The notes below the pieces were generated by a model. It was not told where the DNA came from and did no database searches. It saw nothing but the letters and a program-made list of their open reading frames with translations. Below are positions 9,120 to 16,670 of a stretch of DNA of 61,609 bases, one piece after another. Every line of letters starts with the position of its first letter. Position 1 is the stretch's first letter. Source of the DNA: Desulfovibrionales bacterium. GTDB taxonomy: Bacteria > Desulfobacterota > Desulfovibrionia > Desulfovibrionales > JBKHAV01. The position numbers and the translations under genes were made by a program. The DNA is taken from positions 1 to 61,609 of the forward strand of contig JBKHAV010000003.1 of assembly GCA_046542715.1 (NCBI GenBank), read 5' to 3'.

Positions 9120-9521
9120 TTATTTTTGCATGAAAAAACGGTTCGCTCCAGAAGAGGTGAAGACCTCTGGGATCCACTCCTCATCTTCGACCAGATGAGA
9201 GGCTCGGCTGGAGACGACATAAAAAGCGGCAGGGAAAGGTTCTTGCCGGGGGCATTCGATCTGTCCGCTGACCCTCGTGTATTCATCGCCTTCAAATCGG
9301 TCCAGGCGGAGGAGGTCGTCGGAACGAACCTCGAGGTAGAGGACTCCGGTCACGGAGCCGTTACCCTTGACCAGTCCCGGGTAGCTTCGGCCCCGGAGGC
9401 AACGGCGGGAAAACCCGTGAAGGATCCCTGGAACCGTCGCGTATGTCCCCCGGACCACCCTGGACCATATGGCAGGAACCATCAGGGTCCCATAGGTAAA
9501 AACATGCGTTCTGAAGTCCAT
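9120..9521 (-). CDS. gamma-glutamylcyclotransferase (AIG2/GGACT-like) family protein
   Basis: VFTYGTLM N-terminal motif and size (133 aa). Confidence 0.75.
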   Translation of the reverse strand: MDFRTHVFTYGTLMVPAIWSRVVRGTYATVPGILHGFSRRCLRGRSYPGLVKGNGSVTGVLYLEVRSDDLLRLDRFEGDEYTRVSGQIECPRQEPFPAAFYVVSSRASHLVEDEEWIPEVFTSSGANRFFMQK

Positions 9522-9526
9522 TTCAT

Positions 9527-10318
9527 TCAGCTGACGAGTTCGCCTTTGAACACAGTCACTGCCGCCCCCGCGATGATGACCCGGTCCTGTTCGATCCGCA
9601 CCCGGACGTGCCCTCCCCGGGGGGAGGCCTGATACGCGTTGAACCGGGTTTTGCCCGTCTTTTCCATCCAGTATGGGCCCAAAGCGCAGTGCGCCGAGCC
9701 GGTGACCGGGTCCTCGTCAATGCCTGCTCCCGGGCCGAAGAATCGGGAGACAAAATCATAGGGCGGTGTCGAGGCCAGGGCCGTCACAATGACTCCGCGT
9801 GTCTTGAGAGCCTTGAGCGCCTCAAGGTCCGGCCGAAGCGACCGGACCACGTCTTCGGATTCCACCTCAACCATATAGTCGAAACTGTTTTTTCCGGCAA
9901 AGAGCAGCCGAACGCCAAGTCCTTCGGAAATCACCTCTGGGGGAGATGTCGGTTCCATCGGTGTGGCCGGGAAATCGAGTTCGATAACGCTGTTGTTCCA
10001 TCCGGCAGTGAGCAGGCCGCTCCTGGTATGGAACCGTGCCCGGGCGTCCTTGGGCAGCAACCCCGCCTCCCAGAGTACGTGGGCGGAGGCCAGGGTGGCG
10101 TGTCCGCAGAGGTCAACCTCTATCGTGGGGGTGAACCAGCGCAATCCCCAGCCCATATCGGACGGATGGAGAAATGCCGTTTCCGAGAGGTTCATTTCCA
10201 TGGCCACCAGCTGCATCCATTCCGGATTTGCGGGCTGCTCCAGGATGACGACTGCTGCGGGATTTCCGCTGAAGGGACGGTCGGTAAAAGCGTCCACCTG
10301 GTAAATGGGTATCGGCAT
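9527..10318 (-). CDS. PhzF-family isomerase-like protein
   Basis: IYQVDAFTDRPFSGNPAAVV N-terminus, ...TGSAHCALGPYW second half; 263 aa. Confidence 0.85.
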   Translation of the reverse strand: MPIPIYQVDAFTDRPFSGNPAAVVILEQPANPEWMQLVAMEMNLSETAFLHPSDMGWGLRWFTPTIEVDLCGHATLASAHVLWEAGLLPKDARARFHTRSGLLTAGWNNSVIELDFPATPMEPTSPPEVISEGLGVRLLFAGKNSFDYMVEVESEDVVRSLRPDLEALKALKTRGVIVTALASTPPYDFVSRFFGPGAGIDEDPVTGSAHCALGPYWMEKTGKTRFNAYQASPRGGHVRVRIEQDRVIIAGAAVTVFKGELVS

Positions 10319-10454
10319 GGGTGTTCTCCTGATCAGTGCGCGTGGAAGTTGTGGTACGTCTCTCTCCGGGGTCCTGTCAAAGCCAGGTGCTACAATGGCA
10401 TTTGAGTCTTAGCGAACTGTCTGCAGCAGGGGCATGTTGCCGGCTCCAGGAACG

Positions 10455-10480
10455 AAAAAACCCGCTCAGGAGCGGGTTTT
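10455..10480 (-). terminator. Rho-independent terminator (CCCGCT/AGCGGG stem, T6 on minus strand)
   Basis: AAAAAACCCGCTCAGGAGCGGGTTTT on the + strand. It sits 22 nt downstream of the minus-strand stop at 10502. Confidence 0.75.
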
Positions 10481-10501
10481 CAGAAGAGGCGAAGAGAAAT
10501 T

Positions 10502-10951
10502 TCACTGTTGCCAAATACCATTGGAATAGCGGAAAATTTCAGTGATTCTGGAATTTTTCATAACTTTGAATTGCCCGTTTTTGGCGGAATGGAGGTCAGG
10601 ACCGCTGGATTCCAGTTCGCTGCGGGTGTAGGAGAGGATTCCGACAAAAGGGGATTGTGCAGAGCGGGTCGGCTTGAGCTTCCAGGTGATGGAATCCTTG
10701 TCGATCATGGTGTAGCCCATAATCACAAGTCCGTTTTCCTTGCGCACAAGCATCTTTTTCAGGGTGTGCTGAAAACTCTTCTGGCAGCTCGAAACCCATG
10801 TGTGCACGAATTTCTCGAACCCTGCGGACACATGCCCGGGCACCGGCTCGGAATTGGGTGACTCCGCCCGGGACATGCCGGGAGCCATCGTTGTGACAAG
10901 GAACAGAACTGCACAAAAAAGCGGTACCGCACAATGTGTTCTGCTGGGCAT
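10502..10951 (-). CDS. hypothetical secreted protein (149 aa)
   Basis: ATG at 10951 with GAGGAGGG RBS. Signal-like N-terminus (..VPLFCAVLFLVTTMAPGMSRAE). No family recognised. Confidence 0.55.
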   Translation of the reverse strand: MPSRTHCAVPLFCAVLFLVTTMAPGMSRAESPNSEPVPGHVSAGFEKFVHTWVSSCQKSFQHTLKKMLVRKENGLVIMGYTMIDKDSITWKLKPTRSAQSPFVGILSYTRSELESSGPDLHSAKNGQFKVMKNSRITEIFRYSNGIWQQ

Positions 10952-11011
10952 AGCATCCCTCCTCAGGGCGCAGAGCACGTGCGATACCGCTTGTTTACCT
11001 TGTGGCGAAGG

Positions 11012-12085
11012 CTATCGCTTGACCTTGAGCTCCACCCTTCTGTTCTTCGCCCTGCCTTCCTTGGTGGCATTGTCGAAGATCGGCTGGGACTCTCCGTAGC
11101 CTACGGTTTCAAGACGGTCGGTGTCGATGCCCTGGTCGACCAGGTACTCTTCGACGGCATTTGCACGGCGCTCTGACAATTTCTGGTTGTAGGCCTCAGG
11201 CCCGGTGCTGTCGGTGTGCCCCTCGATGACCACCTCAAGTTGCTGCCGTTCTTCAAGGATTGCGGCCGCCTCATCCAGGATGGGCTCGAACTCGGGCTTG
11301 ATCTCTGCTTTGTCGAAATCAAAATTTATGCCACGAAGGACGATGATCTCCTCCATTTCCGGTTCAGGGGCCGGTTCCGGCTCAGGAGCCGGCATGGGTT
11401 CCACCGCAGGGGTGACGATCTCACGTCTTTCATAGAAGACCTCTTCCACAAAGTTCTGCATGGCCTGAGGATTCCTGAGCGTCTCGGCCTGAACGGTTGT
11501 CGAGCAATTGGTGAGATCGCCCAGAGTGTTCACCAGATCCTGTTCGCTCTCCTTCTGGGCAAAGCTGACCACATAGAGGCAAAGTTCTCCGGCATAGCTT
11601 TCTTCCAGATCACGGGCGGCTGCTACAGGGCTGGTGCCCGTGTTGTGCCCACCGTCAGTGAAGAGGATGACCGACATCCTCCCGGTGGCCCCGGAGGCCT
11701 CATCCGCAAGTCCCTGGAGCCCCTTGCCCATGGGAGTGTTGCGCCAGAACCTGGAGTAGTCGGTTTCCAGCCCCTGAACGGCGTCGGCGAACCGGGCCTT
11801 GTTGTACGGAGAAATCCCCAGGTAGCGGGTGTTCGGGGCAAACGTGTAGAACCCTCCCTGGTAGTCCAGGTCAGGGATTTCCTGGTTCATCTGCTGGACG
11901 AGTTCCTTGGCGATCTCGATTTTCGGGCCGAAATCCTGGTAGTCCCAGCGCATGGAGGCGGAGTGGTCAACCAGAACAGCGAAGTTGTCCGTCTTTTTGG
12001 TGTACTCCACCTGGGCGAGGGTGGGAAGGGAAGTGAGAGCAAGCATGGTCAGGGCCAGTATGCTCAAGAGAATCAATTTGCGCAT
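11012..12085 (-). CDS. von Willebrand factor A domain fused to OmpA-like peptidoglycan-binding domain
   Basis: Signal peptide; vWA MIDAS-like VLVDHSASM; PAPEPEPAPEPE linker; OmpA_C motif GHTDSTGPEAYNQKLSERRA. Confidence 0.85.
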   Translation of the reverse strand: MRKLILLSILALTMLALTSLPTLAQVEYTKKTDNFAVLVDHSASMRWDYQDFGPKIEIAKELVQQMNQEIPDLDYQGGFYTFAPNTRYLGISPYNKARFADAVQGLETDYSRFWRNTPMGKGLQGLADEASGATGRMSVILFTDGGHNTGTSPVAAARDLEESYAGELCLYVVSFAQKESEQDLVNTLGDLTNCSTTVQAETLRNPQAMQNFVEEVFYERREIVTPAVEPMPAPEPEPAPEPEMEEIIVLRGINFDFDKAEIKPEFEPILDEAAAILEERQQLEVVIEGHTDSTGPEAYNQKLSERRANAVEEYLVDQGIDTDRLETVGYGESQPIFDNATKEGRAKNRRVELKVKR

Positions 12086-12350
12086 ATTTCCTCCATTTTT
12101 TGTGTCTGCATGAGTTTAACAATACCCACCATGATGCGAAACCTACTAAAAATTTGAAAAAAATCCAGACAAATTTCCGATTGACCGGGCAGATTTCGGT
12201 CCAGCCCTGCAGGAGAAAGATCATTTTTTCCCGATACCCGGTCCTTGCCCTTGGCGAACTTCGCCGCTGAATGTAATATTTCGCCCGGATAGTGTTTCCA
12301 GGGCGGTGCACGTTTGGGATACGGGTGAATGAACACAACTGGGACAGCAT

Positions 12351-12995
12351 ATGGGAAAGACAGACATCGTTCAGCTCCACGGGTTTGCCTCGTCCGCAAA
12401 GTCGGCCAAGGCACGGTCCATCGAACAGTTTTTCGCTTCCGATGAGACTGTTAGATACCACGGCTTTGAATTTTCTCCCACGTCTTTGGATTTCAAGTTT
12501 TTGACCATCACCGGCATGATCAACCGGCTCAGGCAGTATGTCCTGGACCAGGGAATCGATCGGATGCGGATCGTCGGCAGTTCTCTAGGGTGCCTGGTCG
12601 GGCTGCACTATGCCCACAGATTCGGAGGAGTTGACCGACTGCTCCTTCTGGCACCGGCCCTGCGGTATCGCCCTGAGCTTCTAAGCGATGAAGAACGCCT
12701 GTTCTGGGAAAAGAGGGGAAGCATCGACGTCGAACACCTGGGGTTCGGGAAGATTCTGCCGCTGAACTATGATTTCCACCGGGACGGGCGGGCCTATATG
12801 AAGCCGATCGAACCTCTTGCGAAAACACGCATCGTTCACGGGATCAGGGACGACGTCATTCCGGTGGAAAGCAGCAGACGCTATGCAACCGCCCATCCAG
12901 GTAGGGTGACCCTTGTCGAGGTCGACTCCGACCACAGGCTTTTGGATGTTCTGCCCAGTGTCCTTGAAGAGGCCCGCCCATTTCTCGTGTCATAA
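12351..12995 (+). CDS. YqiA-like alpha/beta esterase (UPF0227)
   Basis: IVQLHGFASSAKSAKA N-terminus and GSSLG nucleophile elbow, closely resembling E. coli YqiA. Confidence 0.7.
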   Translation: MGKTDIVQLHGFASSAKSAKARSIEQFFASDETVRYHGFEFSPTSLDFKFLTITGMINRLRQYVLDQGIDRMRIVGSSLGCLVGLHYAHRFGGVDRLLLLAPALRYRPELLSDEERLFWEKRGSIDVEHLGFGKILPLNYDFHRDGRAYMKPIEPLAKTRIVHGIRDDVIPVESSRRYATAHPGRVTLVEVDSDHRLLDVLPSVLEEARPFLVS

Positions 12996-13037
12996 GTCCC
13001 GGGGGTTGTGCTCTCGGCTGGCGATGGATCAAGGGCC

Positions 13038-13057
13038 GACCCACAGAGTTGTGGGTC
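13038..13057. terminator. hairpin between convergent genes (GACCCACA / GAGT / TGTGGGTC)
   Basis: 8-bp perfect stem, 4-nt loop. No clear U-run, so terminator function is uncertain. Confidence 0.4.
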
Positions 13058-13073
13058 TCTGGTCCGTGGTGGG

Positions 13074-13754
13074 TTATGGTGCAGATTCCTGGTTCTGGTT
13101 GTTGTCCATAGGGCTCCAGCGCTTCTTGAGGTCGGAGAGGTTTTTGCTGTGGGTCAAGATGACCACCTCGTCTCCGGAGCGGATCTTGGTGGACTCTTGT
13201 GTCAGCATGAAGGTCCCTCCCCGGTAAAGACAGATGACACCGGCCCCCTTGGGGAGATCCAGCTCCTCCACTCGTTTTGCGTCCTCGTCCTCGGCGGTGA
13301 AAGAGAAAAACCGGGCTTCGCCCTTGATGACCGAGGCCAGTTCCATGAACCCGTGGCCGCTGACCATGTCGGCCAGATACCGGCTGATGGTCCGGGACGG
13401 GACAATGGTGTCTTCCAGGCCCAAATCCCAGCAGATGTCCTCGAATTCGGGGTCCTGGATGCTGGTCACGATCCGTTCGAAACCCAGAGATTTTCCCACC
13501 AGACTGGCGATGAGATTCATCTGGTCCACATCGGTGAGACACAGGAGCACGTCAGTCTGTCGCGGACCCACTTCCTTGAGGATGTGAGGCTTGGTTCCGT
13601 CCCCGTGCAGGAAACTGCAGTCCAGTGTCTCGCTGAGTTCCTTGATTTTCCCTTCGTCCTTTTCCACGATGATGACCTGATTCCCCCGTTCGATCAGGGT
13701 CTGAGCCGTTCTGGCGGTGACTTCGCCGCCGCCGACGAAAACGATGCGCATCAT
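13074..13754 (-). CDS. trkA: Trk potassium uptake NAD-binding subunit TrkA (single N+C module)
   Basis: MMRIVFVGGGEVTARTA Rossmann motif. ATGA overlap with the trkH stop. Confidence 0.85.
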   Translation of the reverse strand: MMRIVFVGGGEVTARTAQTLIERGNQVIIVEKDEGKIKELSETLDCSFLHGDGTKPHILKEVGPRQTDVLLCLTDVDQMNLIASLVGKSLGFERIVTSIQDPEFEDICWDLGLEDTIVPSRTISRYLADMVSGHGFMELASVIKGEARFFSFTAEDEDAKRVEELDLPKGAGVICLYRGGTFMLTQESTKIRSGDEVVILTHSKNLSDLKKRWSPMDNNQNQESAP

Positions 13755-15214
13755 TCCTCCGAATGTCTTCCGATCCAGGTTCCCGGGGCAAGGACCACCA
13801 GCCATATGAGAATTTCCAACCTGCCCAGGAGCATGTCCGCGCAGAGCACGCCCTTGAGCACCCCGGGCAGCTCGGGTCCGGTCACCCCTGCGGAAAGTCC
13901 TACCGTACCCAGGGCCGAGATGACCTCGAACAAGCTGTCCAGGGGATCATAGCCATAAAACAGGAAGGGAATCCAGGAGAGAACGGCAAAACCGATATAG
14001 AGGATGATGACCACCAGCGCCTCCTGGATTTCAGTGTCCCTCAGGCGCAGCGGGCCCAGTGCAGGCTGATACACCGCGTGGCGCGACAGGGATGCCCGGG
14101 ACACAATGCTGCTTATCACCTTGAAGAGGATCAGCAGACGCAAAATCTTGATTCCTCCTGCAGTGGAGCCCATACCGCCGCCGATGATCATGGAGACGAG
14201 CAAACTCATTTTGGCCGGGGGGGGCAGTGCTCCCACATCCACAACGGAAAAACCCGAGGTGGTTTGGGCGGCCACTCCCATGACCACGCTGTGGAACATG
14301 TGCTCCCCCCAGGAGAGCCCATGCCCCTGGGGCAAGAAAAACAGAGCCGCGGAGACAAGGAGTACGAGTGCCAGAATGGTCCACAGCTGCATGCCGCCCC
14401 ACAACTGCGCCCACCCTTTGAACCGGACCGAAAGATAGCGGCTCAGAGGAATGGCGCAAAGCAGCGTGAGCAGGGTGACGATCACGACCGGGACCCAGCC
14501 CAGCCCGGCCATGCTGTCGTGGTCAGGGGCGAATCCTCCTGTGGACACGGCGGACAGGGCATAGCACACGGATGAAAAGGGGGAGAGCCCGCCGGCAATG
14601 AGAACTAAAACGCCGACCATGGTGATGGCGGCATACAGGAGGATAAGCCTTTTGTAGAAGGAGTGGGTTCCACCGAGCTGGGCATCCCGGGGAGCCTCGG
14701 GCATGGCCATATCCCTGGCGGAAACACCGGGCCGGACCACTAACGCCACCGAGAAAACCACGATGCCCAGTCCGCCGTACCACTGCATCCAGGCGCGGGA
14801 GAACACAAGGATTTGGGGCATGACGTCCGGGTTTTCGATCATGCTCAGGCCGGTTGTGGTGGCACCGGACACGGCCTCGAAAAGGGCGTCCGCAAATTCG
14901 AGCCCGGTTGCCGTCAAGGGGAAGGTCATGAGCAGAGGTGAAAAGACGAACATGAGCACGCCAAGGGTCATGGCTTCATTGGGTTGAATCCTGCGCCGCT
15001 CAGGTATCCGGGTAAGCCCCCACCCTGCCGCAAGAAGGCCGGCGACCACAATCCCATACCGCAGGACCGTGCCTGAATCCGCGATGAAGACCGCAAGGAG
15101 CAGCGGGACTGCGGTCAGGCACCCCAGCATGACGCAAAGATGGCCGAAGTTTTTGGCCAAAACACGGGGTCGAACCGCGTATCTGAGTTCTGCGGCTTGG
15201 GTGGGCATGCCCAT
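13751..15214 (-). CDS. trkH: Trk-type potassium transporter membrane subunit TrkH
   Basis: Polytopic membrane protein with repeated selectivity-filter-like TTTGLS / STGGF / TTSGF / TVGLS segments. Start is uncertain (GTG 15223, ATG 15214 or 15208). Confidence 0.9.
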   Translation of the reverse strand: MGMPTQAAELRYAVRPRVLAKNFGHLCVMLGCLTAVPLLLAVFIADSGTVLRYGIVVAGLLAAGWGLTRIPERRRIQPNEAMTLGVLMFVFSPLLMTFPLTATGLEFADALFEAVSGATTTGLSMIENPDVMPQILVFSRAWMQWYGGLGIVVFSVALVVRPGVSARDMAMPEAPRDAQLGGTHSFYKRLILLYAAITMVGVLVLIAGGLSPFSSVCYALSAVSTGGFAPDHDSMAGLGWVPVVIVTLLTLLCAIPLSRYLSVRFKGWAQLWGGMQLWTILALVLLVSAALFFLPQGHGLSWGEHMFHSVVMGVAAQTTSGFSVVDVGALPPPAKMSLLVSMIIGGGMGSTAGGIKILRLLILFKVISSIVSRASLSRHAVYQPALGPLRLRDTEIQEALVVIILYIGFAVLSWIPFLFYGYDPLDSLFEVISALGTVGLSAGVTGPELPGVLKGVLCADMLLGRLEILIWLVVLAPGTWIGRHSEE

Positions 15215-15575
15215 GTATACCACAAGTCTTTGAAATGAAAAGACAGGAGAAACGAGGAAGGAAGATTGTCACCACAATGAGGCGGGGGAATCGTCAGGGT
15301 ATGCAACTATGAAGAAAATGTAATTCTTGGAAACCACAAGAAAGAGAGTCCCTTACCTCTGGAGCATACATTACCAGAGGTGCTGGATGGTCGTTGGAGA
15401 GAGTGGTCATGATACAATCCGTTAGCATGGGAGGTCACAGGTTTATCTATCAGGGAAAAACCGGGGATTGAAGTATGTAAGGAGCCTTGGTCGACCCCAT
15501 GACCGAAGCTCTGTCATTTTTTCCATGTGAGACACCCGGAGAAACACTCTGAGACTACCTCAACATCAATAACGT

Positions 15576-16670
15576 ATGAAAATCGCACAAATCGCCCCAC
15601 TGATGGAACGGGTGCCGCCAAGCGGGTACGGCGGAACGGAACGGGTGGTCTCCTATCTGACGGAAGCCCTCTGCAGCATGGGACATGACGTCACATTATA
15701 TGCATCGGGTGATTCGATCACCAGGGCCCGGCTCGTTCCGGTGTGCCCCAGATCTCTCCGGCTGGAGGGAAAAAGCGCCCACTGGCTGGCCTATCATCTG
15801 TACATGGTGGAACTGGTCTTCAGCGATCTGTTCGCCTATGACATCCTGCATTTTCATATCGACCTGCTGCATTATTCCCTGGCCCGAAAAAGTGGTGCAC
15901 CAACCGTCACCACCCTGCACGGCAGGCTCGACCTCCCGGAAATCTACGATTTCGCCACGGAGTTCAGGGACATTCCAGTCGTTTCGATTTCCGATGCCCA
16001 GCGAATACCCCTTCCCGGACTGAACTGGCAGTCCACGGTATTCAACGGTCTGCCCGAGGATTTGTACACGATTTCCGAGGCCAAAGGGGAATACCTCGCC
16101 TTTATCGGCCGCATCTCCCCGGAAAAGGGAGTGGACAAGGCCATTGAGATTGCCGTGCGGGCGGGAATGCCCCTGAAGATCGCAGCCAAAATCGACCCTG
16201 CCGATGAGCGGTATTTTCATGAACATATTGCAAAACTCCTGTATCATCCTCTTGTCGAGTACCTCGGGGAAGTGGGTGAGGAGGAGAAAAACAGGTTTCT
16301 TGGGAACGCCCGCGCCCTGCTGTTTCCCATAGCCTGGCCGGAGCCGTTCGGCATGGTGCTCATCGAGGCCATGGCCTGCGGCACCCCGGTCATAGCGTTT
16401 CCTGGCGGCTCGGTCCCCGAGATCATAGAGCACGGATCAAACGGCTTTGTGGTGCAAACGATTGAGCAAGCTGTCCAGGCTGTCGAAAAGGTGGCCAGCC
16501 TGGACCGGAAGGTGTGCAGAAAGGTGTTTGAACAACGGTTTTCCGCTGAACTCATGGCGGAAAAGTATCTCCGGGTGTATGACCGCATTGCCGGTTTCGA
16601 ACAACGGACCAGCAGAAGGGAGCTGATGTGGAACGAATCATCTGCGTTGACGACCAGTACTATATCCTAG
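15576..16670 (+). CDS. GT4 (GT-B, group 1) glycosyltransferase
   Basis: MKIAQIAPL..PPSGYGGTERVV N-terminus; EPFGMVLIEAMACGTPV E-x7-E motif. Confidence 0.85.
   Translation: MKIAQIAPLMERVPPSGYGGTERVVSYLTEALCSMGHDVTLYASGDSITRARLVPVCPRSLRLEGKSAHWLAYHLYMVELVFSDLFAYDILHFHIDLLHYSLARKSGAPTVTTLHGRLDLPEIYDFATEFRDIPVVSISDAQRIPLPGLNWQSTVFNGLPEDLYTISEAKGEYLAFIGRISPEKGVDKAIEIAVRAGMPLKIAAKIDPADERYFHEHIAKLLYHPLVEYLGEVGEEEKNRFLGNARALLFPIAWPEPFGMVLIEAMACGTPVIAFPGGSVPEIIEHGSNGFVVQTIEQAVQAVEKVASLDRKVCRKVFEQRFSAELMAEKYLRVYDRIAGFEQRTSRRELMWNESSALTTSTIS

Noticed and set aside
15224-15575. Known riboswitch classes (ydaO/c-di-AMP for trkH, GEMM, glycine) in the trkH / GT4 spacer
   Set aside because: I could not recognise the conserved cores of these classes on either strand. 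I kept it only as an unclassified structured-leader observation.
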